Assembly (NCBI GenBank): GCA_945947905.1
Contig: CAMEZO010000002.1
Coordinates: 1,871 to 65,870 of the forward strand
Origin: an uncultured bacterium
GTDB lineage: Bacteria; Verrucomicrobiota; Verrucomicrobiia; Verrucomicrobiales; Akkermansiaceae
Reading direction: 5' to 3'
DNA: 64,000 nt
Shown here: positions 8,744 through 16,763 of the stretch, piece by piece
Position numbering within the stretch: position 1 is the stretch's first letter
Layout: each line of letters starts with the position of its first letter
Made by a program: the position numbers and the translations under genes
Notes under the pieces: model-generated
What the model saw: the letters and a program-made list of their open reading frames with translations, nothing else
Database searches by the model: none
Told to the model about the DNA's origin: nothing

Positions 8744-10269
8744 TCTTCCTCCTCCTTGGCCTTGGCCTCGTTGCGGGCCTTCTCCTCCGCAATCTGGTCC
8801 AGCGTATCCGTTACCCGAGTATCGAGAGCATTCACGGCGCGCTCAAAGTCGCGCTCGCGGGCCTCCAGCTTGTTCTGCACGCGCTGCAGGTTCTGGGTGC
8901 AGCGGCGCAGCTCGGCCTGCATATCCGTCAACTGTTCCGTCATCGGGCGCTTGTACTCCTCCGGCAACTCAAAACGCTTCAGGCGTACGATTTCCTTGGG
9001 AAGCTCGGCATCGCGCAGCATCTGCTCGGCCGCCTCGTACTCACCCGTGCAGAGCTTAGCATGGGCGGCATCGATGAGGGCCCAGTACTCGGTAATCATC
9101 TTGGGTACATCCGGGCGATCCTTGTCCGGCTTTTCTTTCTCCGTGCGGCGGATGGCATCCTTCACCTTGTTAATCGAGGTGGAGAGCATCTTGAGGTTGC
9201 GTGTGCCCGGGGTAAACCACACGGTGGCGATCTGCTCACCTTCCTTGGCCAGCTCCTTCTTCACGCGCTCCAGCTCCGCCTCATCCGCTTCCTCGGCAGC
9301 CTTCCGCTTGGAGGCGTTCATCTTCTCGCGCACCTTGGTCTCCTTGGTCTGCATCTTGGTCCACTTGTCCAACAGGGAGCGGAGGGTCTGGAGATATTGG
9401 TCATAGGCCCGGCCGTATTCCGGCAGACCCTGGTAGCGCTCGCGCAGAATCTCGAACTTATCCAGCCCGCCCACCTTGCGGCTGCCCTTCTTCTGTTTCA
9501 TGTCCGCCTGCATGGCGTTGTAGGCCGCCTTGGCGTCGCGCTCATAGCGGTCACGGTCTTCGGGCTTGATCTTCGTGAGCTGATAACTGCTCTTGGAGAG
9601 AGCCGTGCGGGAGGAATAGAGGTCCTTCACATCGTCGCGCAGCTTCTCGATGCGGGCAAACTCACTCTCCAAGCGTCCCTGCACGCTCTTGCAGCGCGAC
9701 TTGAGGGTGGGGGAGGGGGTGCCCACGGAAGCCAGTTCGGTCTCGATGCTCGCCGCCTTGTCCTTGAGGGACTGCACGGTTTTATCCAGCTCCTCGAGCG
9801 CCTGCACGCCCTCCTTGGAGGAAGCGATAGCAGCGGTGGCGGGGCCGGAGGGCTGCACCTGCTCGGTTTGGGCGGGTTTGGGGGCGTCCTTGTCCTTGGT
9901 GGGATCATAACTCTCCGGGCGGGTGGTGCGCTCCTCCTCTTCGCCGGCGTCCTCATTGGCCTCCTCCTCGGCGGCAGCGGGCTCGGGCTTCGGGGCGGGT
10001 TCCTCCTTGGCGGCGGGTGCCGGTTCCTCCGCCTTCGGCTTTTCTACCAGCTTGCGGAGCAGAATATCCGCCGATTTCACCGTCTTGGTCACCTCCTTGC
10101 CGGAGGGATCCTTACCCCGGAACTTCGTGTCGGTGGAGGACTCGTAAACGATGGTGCAGTCGGTGTACTTGTCGGAATTGGCCAGGGTGATGTCAAACAC
10201 CTGCCTTGCCTGTGCCGCCAGGGCAGACACGGCAAACAGGGCCATACAGAGCAGAGAACTTTTCTTCAT
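8740..10269 (-). CDS. Secreted coiled-coil hypothetical protein
   Basis: Signal peptide MKKSSLLCMALFAVSALAAQA, Glu/Ala/Pro linker, long Lys/Glu-rich helical region. Promoter TTGCAT-17-TACCAT at 10328..10300. Confidence 0.75.
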   Translation of the reverse strand: MKKSSLLCMALFAVSALAAQARQVFDITLANSDKYTDCTIVYESSTDTKFRGKDPSGKEVTKTVKSADILLRKLVEKPKAEEPAPAAKEEPAPKPEPAAAEEEANEDAGEEEERTTRPESYDPTKDKDAPKPAQTEQVQPSGPATAAIASSKEGVQALEELDKTVQSLKDKAASIETELASVGTPSPTLKSRCKSVQGRLESEFARIEKLRDDVKDLYSSRTALSKSSYQLTKIKPEDRDRYERDAKAAYNAMQADMKQKKGSRKVGGLDKFEILRERYQGLPEYGRAYDQYLQTLRSLLDKWTKMQTKETKVREKMNASKRKAAEEADEAELERVKKELAKEGEQIATVWFTPGTRNLKMLSTSINKVKDAIRRTEKEKPDKDRPDVPKMITEYWALIDAAHAKLCTGEYEAAEQMLRDAELPKEIVRLKRFELPEEYKRPMTEQLTDMQAELRRCTQNLQRVQNKLEARERDFERAVNALDTRVTDTLDQIAEEKARNEAKAKEEEE

Positions 10270-10356
10270 GGTAAAAATAAACAGAGATTCGGTAAGCGTA
10301 TGGTAGCAGATGCGCGCCGGAAATGCAACCGAAAAGCGCACGCGGGACGGAAAAAA

Positions 10357-11412
10357 TTATGAGACGGGGCATTCGTTGCGGATAGCCTCGGCGCAGCCGC
10401 GCACCAGGGCCGGGCCGTGGTAGATGAAACCGGTGTAGATCTGCACCAGGGAAGCCCCCGCACGGATCTTCTGCACGGCGTCCTCCGGGCAGGTGATGCC
10501 GCCCACGCCGATGATGGGGATGCCGCTGCCCCGCAGCTCCTGCGCGAAGGCCTCCAGCGTCTCGTTGGCGCGGTTGTAGAGCGGCTTGCCGGAGAGACCG
10601 CCGCTTTCCTTGGCGGCGGGGTGCTCCTCCACCCCTGCGCGCGTGGTGGTGGTGTTGGTGCAGATGAGCCCGTCCAGCTGATACTCCCGGAACACCTGGG
10701 CGAGTGCGTGGATCTGCCCCTCCCCCATATCCGGGGATACCTTCATCACCAGCGGCACCCGGCGCTTGGTGTCCGCCGTTAGGTTGGCCTGCTCGCTCTT
10801 GAGCACGGAGAGCAGATCTGCCGCGGTGTCGGCCTTGGCCAGGTCGCAGAGGTTGGGTACGTTCGGGCAGGAGAAGTTGATGGCGATGTAGTCCGCCACA
10901 TCCCAGGCGGCGCGCATGCAGGCCAGGTAGTCCTTGCGGGCTTCGCTGTTCGGGGTGTCGTGGTTTTTGGAGATATTGACCCCCAGGATGGCGGGGCACT
11001 TGCCCGCGCGGCGCGTGTCGGCGAGGTTCTGCACGCCTTCATCAACGCCGGGGTTGTTGATGCCCATGTGGTTGATAATGGCCTGCTGCGGAATGCAGCG
11101 GAAGAGCCGGGGCTTGGGGTTGCCCGGCTGGGGGCGGGGGGTCAGCGTGCCCACCTCGACAAAGCCGAAGCCGAGTTGCGCGAAGGCCGCGGCCGTGTTG
11201 GCTTCCTTATCCAGCCCGGCGGCCAGCCCCACGCGGTTGGGGAAGCGCAGGCCCATGACGGTAACGGGGTCTTGCACCGGCGGGGGTATCAGCAGCGGCA
11301 GCACGCGCAGGCGCTCGGCGGCCCGCAGGCCCTTCATGGTGAGAATGTGGGCCGTTTCCGGGTCCAGCCGGAAGAGAAAAGACTTGGCGAGTTTGTAGAG
11401 AATGGGATTCAC
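10357..11412 (-). CDS. pyrD: Dihydroorotate dehydrogenase (quinone), class 2
   Basis: DPETAH, GLAAGLDK, GFGFVEVGTLTP, INFSCPN, KVSPD, GGLSG and LVQIYTGFIYHGP motifs. Promoter TTGCAA-17-TATACT at 11483..11455. Confidence 0.96.
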   Translation of the reverse strand: MNPILYKLAKSFLFRLDPETAHILTMKGLRAAERLRVLPLLIPPPVQDPVTVMGLRFPNRVGLAAGLDKEANTAAAFAQLGFGFVEVGTLTPRPQPGNPKPRLFRCIPQQAIINHMGINNPGVDEGVQNLADTRRAGKCPAILGVNISKNHDTPNSEARKDYLACMRAAWDVADYIAINFSCPNVPNLCDLAKADTAADLLSVLKSEQANLTADTKRRVPLVMKVSPDMGEGQIHALAQVFREYQLDGLICTNTTTTRAGVEEHPAAKESGGLSGKPLYNRANETLEAFAQELRGSGIPIIGVGGITCPEDAVQKIRAGASLVQIYTGFIYHGPALVRGCAEAIRNECPVS

Positions 11413-11505
11413 GATGATGCGTTAAGATGTGGGGGTGCCGACACCCCTCTGCGGAGTATACTACAGCGGCGGGCGGATTGCAATACCTAACTTCCTCCCC
11501 GGGGA

Positions 11506-12375
11506 TTATTCCGCCACCACGGTTTGGGTGACGCTGCCGATGGAGGGGCAACCGAACTCGACCACATCCCCGGGGCGCAGGTAGCGCGGGGGCTGCATGC
11601 CCATACCCACGCCCCCGGGGGTGCCGGTGGAGACCACGTCCCCTTCGTTGAGCGTCAGGAATTGAGAGACGTAGGCCACCAGCTCCGCCACGGGCATCAG
11701 CAGTTGCGATGTGTCGGCCTGCTGGCGCAGCTCGCCGTTCACCTTCAGGTACAGTTCCAGCTTGTCCGGGTTCGGCAGCTCATCCTTGGTCACGAACACG
11801 GGGCCGAAGGGGGCGAAGGTGTCGTAGCTTTTCCCCTTGGTCCACTGCCCGCCGTGCTCCAGTTGGTAGGCGCGTTCGGAGTAGTCGCACATGAGGGTGT
11901 AGCCGATGATGGCGCGGCGTGCTTCCTCCGGGGTGGCGCGGTGCAGGGTTGCTCCCAACACGGCGGCCAGCTCTACCTCGTAGTCCAGCTTCTCGGCCCC
12001 TGTCGGGTTCAGCACAAAGGAGAGGTCGGAGCTGATGGCGGACGGTGCCTTGAGGAAGAGGGAGGGCTCGGTGGGCTCGTCGCTGCTGAACTCGCGCGCG
12101 TGCGCGGCGTAGGTTTTACCCAAGCAGGCGATGGTGCAGGGCTGCACATGCAGTGCGCTGCTCGTTACCAGGCCCTCGGGGTCCACGGGTACGCCGTCGG
12201 GGGCTCCTTTGGCGATCCAAGTTTCTATTTCCTTGCGAAGGCGTTTGCCTCCGGGCAGCATGGCCGTCCACAGTTCGGCATCCTTGGCCGTTACATCGAT
12301 GAAGCACCCGCGCTTGGGTACCCAAAGCCCCACGACGCTCTCGCCGTCCTCGTCCGCGTAGTATTGCAGTCTCAT
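11506..12375 (-). CDS. Fumarylacetoacetate hydrolase family protein
   Basis: CLGKTYAAHA, LFLK, LDYEVELA, WTKGKSYDTFAPFGP and TGTPGGVG motifs. Confidence 0.92.
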   Translation of the reverse strand: MRLQYYADEDGESVVGLWVPKRGCFIDVTAKDAELWTAMLPGGKRLRKEIETWIAKGAPDGVPVDPEGLVTSSALHVQPCTIACLGKTYAAHAREFSSDEPTEPSLFLKAPSAISSDLSFVLNPTGAEKLDYEVELAAVLGATLHRATPEEARRAIIGYTLMCDYSERAYQLEHGGQWTKGKSYDTFAPFGPVFVTKDELPNPDKLELYLKVNGELRQQADTSQLLMPVAELVAYVSQFLTLNEGDVVSTGTPGGVGMGMQPPRYLRPGDVVEFGCPSIGSVTQTVVAE

Positions 12376-12394
12376 GGTTGTGTCAAAAATCGTG

Positions 12395-13021
12395 TTACAT
12401 GTCCGAGATGGTGTCCGGTATGTCCTGTATGTACTTGGGCGGCTCCGTGTTGGCGGGGGGAATGGGTGCGGGGGAGGTGCTCTCGCCTTCCTCCGGTTTG
12501 TCTTTCAGTCCGAAGGGATTGCTCACCGGGCCGCTGTTACTGGGGGGAAGGAAGGACGGCGTGTCGGTGGGGGCGTCCGGCAGCAGGGAGGCGATGACCT
12601 CCGGCTTGGCCGGGGCCGTCTGCTCTTCGGGTACCTGCTGGTCCTTGGCCTCCGGCTGCGCAATCTCGCGATACCGGTAGACGCGGTCGCCTCCCACCAC
12701 GGTGCCGCTGCGGACGGTGGCTGCCACGATGCCGCTGCGGGCGTTACGAGAGGCGTTCACCGACAGGTTGCCGATGCGTTCCGTGGAGCCGTTGGCAGGG
12801 TGGGTGATGAGGGTTTCGCCTTCCTCCGGCACCGGGCCGATGATGCGCAGCAGCGCCAAGCCCTTGTCCGGGTACACCTGAAAGACGGAGCCCAGGTACT
12901 GCGGCGGCGGGGTCTTCTTGGTCGCGTTCGCTTTCGTGTCTGTGGGTTTCTGCTGCTGTTGGCAGGCCGTCGACAGCAAAAGCAGCAGGGCTGCGGTCGG
13001 CAGGAGGAGGCACTTCATCAT
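12395..13021 (-). CDS. Hypothetical lipoprotein
   Basis: Lipobox LLLLSTAC, Pro-rich tail. Promoter TTGACT-17-TAGGAT lies 7 nt before ATG 13021. Confidence 0.7.
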   Translation of the reverse strand: MMKCLLLPTAALLLLLSTACQQQQKPTDTKANATKKTPPPQYLGSVFQVYPDKGLALLRIIGPVPEEGETLITHPANGSTERIGNLSVNASRNARSGIVAATVRSGTVVGGDRVYRYREIAQPEAKDQQVPEEQTAPAKPEVIASLLPDAPTDTPSFLPPSNSGPVSNPFGLKDKPEEGESTSPAPIPPANTEPPKYIQDIPDTISDM

Positions 13022-13134
13022 AACCGCCATCCTACACCATTTCCCCGCGTGAGTCAAGGCCACTCTGCGGCACCGCCGCCACGCCGCATGCGTTTTTTCT
13101 TGACATACGCCCTTCCCCGCGTCACAATATCCCC

Positions 13135-13353
13135 ATGCACACCATGCCGGCCGTCTTCACCTCCCCTTGGCAGTGGACCATCCTCCTGCTCGCCTGCCTT
13201 CTTGTCTTCGGCGCCAAACGCCTCCCGGAGATCGCGCGCGCCCTCGGCAGAAGCCTCGCCGAATTCCGTAAGGCTCGCCGCGACTTCGAGGATGAACTCA
13301 CCCGCACCGAGCACCGTGAGGACGATCGGGAGGAAAAGGACGACCGCAGGTGA
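13135..13353 (+). CDS. tatA: Twin-arginine translocase TatA/TatE subunit
   Basis: WQWTILLLACLLVFGAKRLPEIARALGRSLAEFRKA. Promoter TTGACA-17-CACAAT lies 6 nt before the ATG. Confidence 0.93.
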   Translation: MHTMPAVFTSPWQWTILLLACLLVFGAKRLPEIARALGRSLAEFRKARRDFEDELTRTEHREDDREEKDDRR

Positions 13354-13390
13354 GCATGCTCGCCTGCGCCCTATCGGTGACGATGCCGTA

Positions 13391-13821
13391 GAACTACCGA
13401 GCGGATGATGAGAACTACCGGACCCCTCTCCCGGACCGAATAAGAACTACGGAACAGGCCGTTTCAACTACCGAACGGGCTCCGGGAACTACCTTTTCTA
13501 CTACAGCACTTGTTGACAACGGGAGGAGAAAAACCATATGGTACAAACGCTTTGTTGTTTTGAGTTTTCTAACATCCATGCTTTAGTCTCCGATTTTTCC
13601 CCCATGCACACACGCGCGCGTAGCGTATTTTTCAGCCGCAGTGCATGGTCCCCGGTCAATGCCTATATCCCGAAAACCCTTGATATTATTATGAATTCTC
13701 CTTATTATAATAAAATTTTTATATAAAAAAGGTAGTTGAAAAGGGGTGGGTAGTAGTTCAAAAAGGGGTTCCGGTAGTTGTAACGGGGCTTTCAGTAGTT
13801 CAAACGGATCTTTCGGTAGCC
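13391..13821. repeat. Inverted sets of 21-bp-phased iteron-like repeats flanking an AT-rich core (replication-origin-like)
   Basis: AACTAC at 13392, 13413, 13445, 13466, 13487. Its reverse complement GTAGTT at 13732, 13753, 13774, 13795, plus GTAGCC at 13816. AT-rich tract ~13681-13730. Confidence 0.8.
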
Positions 13822-13957
13822 CCTTTTCTTTCGCCGCTGCCAAGACCCGACCGCCCCGGGAAATGAGCTGCACCGGACCTCCCGCCGCCGCGGCTGTCGT
13901 CAGCGAGTAGGGATGAACGCGGAATTTCGGGAATCATCGGAAAGGGCTGATTGTCGC

Positions 13958-15373
13958 CTATTCTCGCCGGATGACGGCGCGGCCGGAGTCGGTGTAGTTG
14001 ACGGACTTGACCTTCTCGAGGTAGCGGAAGATCGCATCGGAGGCGCGGAGGCCGAGGCGGCGGGCGGAGGAGACGGGTAGGCCGGGGGTGACGGCGGCGG
14101 CGTAGTCGTTGGTGACGACGCGGTAGGTTTTGTTCGGGTCGAGGGGCTTACCGTTTTCGGCCCGGATATCGGTGACGGTGAGGTTGAAGGAGGAGTCCAG
14201 GACCCCGGTGTAGGTGATACCCGCTACGCAGGGGGAGCCGTGCCCGTCCGCCTTGGTGAGGGACGTGAGCATCTGCACGAGCTCGGCGGGGCGGAGGCGC
14301 AGCTCGATCAGCTCGTTACCGTAGACATCGAGGCGGTGCACATCTGCTACCGTGATGGGCCCCGCGGGCAGCATGCCGATGCGGATGTTCCCGTAATTCT
14401 GCACGACGATATCAGCCCCGGTCGCATAGCGGATAGCATCCGTCTCCAAGCAGCCGAGCGCCTCCCTGTGAACCATGGGCAGCTCGTTGTGACCGACCAC
14501 GCGCTGCAAAGCCGGTGTCGCGGTGTATTCTGCCACCCGTGCGCAGAGATCGGCATCCGGCGGGTAAAGATCCATGCTGACGGTTTCCGCCTGCTTCGAG
14601 ACCACCTTACCATCTTTCACCTCCAGGGTTATACGCGTGGCATGGGAGGCCCGACCGGCCGTTTGGGTGATGAGCACACCGCCCTCCGAGGTGATGCGGT
14701 TGACAGGCGTGTAACTCCCGCCGCCGACGATGACATCCGCCTCCGGCAAGAGCGCCGCGAGCTTGCGGTCATTGTCAAAACCCAGGTGGGTGAGCAGCAC
14801 GAGCACATCGCACTCGCTGCGGAGCCGGCGGTACTCCGCGGCCACCTGCAACGCGTGCTGAAACACGAGCCCCGGCAGGGAAGCCGAGCGCCCGGCCGGG
14901 AAGCCGCCGCTGCCCACGCAGGTGAGACCCAGCACGCCGATGCGCACCCCCTTGCGCGTGAAAATACGGTAGGGATGCAGGGTCAGCACGCGCTTGGTAT
15001 CCGGTTGCACATTGGCACAGATGAAGGGGAAATGCGCCGCGCGCACATTATCCCGCAGCGCCGGCAGCCCGCCGTCGGCATCGTGCAATCCCAGCCCGCA
15101 GGCATCGAAGCCCAGGCGGTTCATCAGGTCAATGACAGGGCGCCCCGGATGCTTGACGGCATCGCATGCCGGGTGCCCGGTTCGGGTGTCGCCGGCGCAC
15201 AGCAACAACGCGCCGGGGTCGGCGGCCTTGGTTTCCTGCACAAAACTCTGCAAGCGCGGCATCATGTCCAGTGCGGCGTGAATATCATTTGTCCCGATAA
15301 TAGTGATGGTTTCCGCAGGGCAGAAACCCGTGAAGAAGAGCCAAATGGCGGCAAATGCGGCGCGTGCGTTCAT
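13958..15373 (-). CDS. 5'-nucleotidase/UshA-like metallophosphoesterase with degenerate metal site
   Basis: TNDIH, AGD, FICANV, LLTHLG and a C-terminal 5'-nucleotidase domain (YRVVTNDY). GNHE is replaced by GLHD and GGHSH by GGGSY. Confidence 0.8.
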   Translation of the reverse strand: MNARAAFAAIWLFFTGFCPAETITIIGTNDIHAALDMMPRLQSFVQETKAADPGALLLCAGDTRTGHPACDAVKHPGRPVIDLMNRLGFDACGLGLHDADGGLPALRDNVRAAHFPFICANVQPDTKRVLTLHPYRIFTRKGVRIGVLGLTCVGSGGFPAGRSASLPGLVFQHALQVAAEYRRLRSECDVLVLLTHLGFDNDRKLAALLPEADVIVGGGSYTPVNRITSEGGVLITQTAGRASHATRITLEVKDGKVVSKQAETVSMDLYPPDADLCARVAEYTATPALQRVVGHNELPMVHREALGCLETDAIRYATGADIVVQNYGNIRIGMLPAGPITVADVHRLDVYGNELIELRLRPAELVQMLTSLTKADGHGSPCVAGITYTGVLDSSFNLTVTDIRAENGKPLDPNKTYRVVTNDYAAAVTPGLPVSSARRLGLRASDAIFRYLEKVKSVNYTDSGRAVIRRE

Positions 15374-15533
15374 CGTGCGGTCAGTTTAGCATGATTCGGT
15401 AGACGAGCGCAAGCAAAAACGCCCGCCGAGGGAGCAAAAAAACCGAAACTGCGGTCAAAAAAAGCCCCCCTCTGCGTGTCCGCGGTTTTGCAACCTATTG
15501 ACCCGGATACGGGAAAATCGGATGATGAAAGGC

Positions 15534-16763
15534 ATGGCAATACTGATAAACGAATGGGGAACGACGCCCATGCCGCCCGCCGCGCCGCATCTGATGCTGC
15601 AAGGCGTAGCCGGTGTTGACGCCGCCGCCCGCACGCTGGGCAAGGGCCTGACGGATGCCGCCGACGCCGCGGCAGAGTTGGCCGACGAACAGGAACAGGT
15701 AACAGGCACGGGAGAGCTCGCCGGCTTCGCCGCCCGCCTGCACCGCATAGGGCAGGAAACGCGCGAGGAGATGGCCGCCCGCCGCATACGCGACTGGGAT
15801 GCCGCCTGGCAGCAGACCAGCGAGCCCCTGCTGCTGGAGGCCGTCAACGAGCTGCCCGAAAACGTCCGCGACGCCGGCCGCGAGCTGGCCCGCGCCTACA
15901 ATGCGCAGGAGGCCGTGCGCGCCCGCCGGGAATACGAGCTGGGCCGCATCGAAACCGCGCGCATGAGCTGGCAGAACTGCTTGGACAACGCCGTGCAGAG
16001 CGGCGACAGCACCGCCCTGGACGCCTGGCTGCAGGCCGGCCGCGGTGTGTTTGTGGCAGAGGACAGGGTGGAACCCATGCGCCGCGAGCTGCGCAGCCGC
16101 AGTTGCCTGGCACAGTGGCAGCAGCGCCTGCAGCAGGAGCCCCTGGACGCCCTGACCGCCCTGTCCGGGGACGATGCGCGCCCCGAGTGTGCACGGGATG
16201 TCCGCGCCCTGGAGCAAGCCGTCGCCACCGCGCGCCGCAGCGCCTCCGGCTCCCTGGCCCGCCGCTGGCAGCAAGCCCTGGAGCAAGGCCTGGAACCCGA
16301 TGCCGACAGCGTCGCCCGCGCCCGCGCCGCCGGCCTGGTGCCCGCCGCGCCCGAGACCGCCCCGCAGCCCATGACCCCCCGCGAGAAAAGCGAGTGGCTG
16401 GGCCGCATTGATGAGCGAGACGCCGCCGACGAACAGACCCTGCGCCTGCAGATAGCCCTGGCCCCCCTGCCGGTGCAGGAGCGCAGCAGCCTCTTGCAGC
16501 GCATGGACGCCACCTGCGCCATCCCCGCCGATGACCGCCGCCGCGTGAGCCTCGCCCTCCGCCGCCTGTACCGCCGCGGGGTGCTCGGATGCCCCGGGGA
16601 TGCCGCCGCTCACCGCCGCCTGGGCCGTCTGCAGGAGGAGGCACTGCCCATCCTGCAACAGGGCGGGGCCGCCGCCGCAGAGCGCTGGGTCAGCAGACTG
16701 CCCTCCTACAGCGGGCGCTGGGTATGCTACGGCGATATGCAGCAGAAAGGAGTGCAGCGATGA
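15534..16763 (+). CDS. Phage-derived hypothetical protein (internal virion/ejection-protein-like)
   Basis: Ala-rich helical 409-aa ORF; first gene of a coupled operon ending in a terminase. Function inferred from context only. Confidence 0.55.
   Translation: MAILINEWGTTPMPPAAPHLMLQGVAGVDAAARTLGKGLTDAADAAAELADEQEQVTGTGELAGFAARLHRIGQETREEMAARRIRDWDAAWQQTSEPLLLEAVNELPENVRDAGRELARAYNAQEAVRARREYELGRIETARMSWQNCLDNAVQSGDSTALDAWLQAGRGVFVAEDRVEPMRRELRSRSCLAQWQQRLQQEPLDALTALSGDDARPECARDVRALEQAVATARRSASGSLARRWQQALEQGLEPDADSVARARAAGLVPAAPETAPQPMTPREKSEWLGRIDERDAADEQTLRLQIALAPLPVQERSSLLQRMDATCAIPADDRRRVSLALRRLYRRGVLGCPGDAAAHRRLGRLQEEALPILQQGGAAAAERWVSRLPSYSGRWVCYGDMQQKGVQR

Noticed and set aside
11429-11444. 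GGGGTG-TCGG-CACCCC hairpin in the pyrD 5' UTR as a pyrimidine-sensing element
   Set aside because: Only a 6-bp stem; it does not cover the start region and has no U-tract or PyrR motif.
13391-13821. Chromosomal oriC
   Set aside because: No DnaA-box matches (TTATCCACA) were found by eye and there is no dnaA/dnaN context. It cannot be fully excluded without the whole genome.
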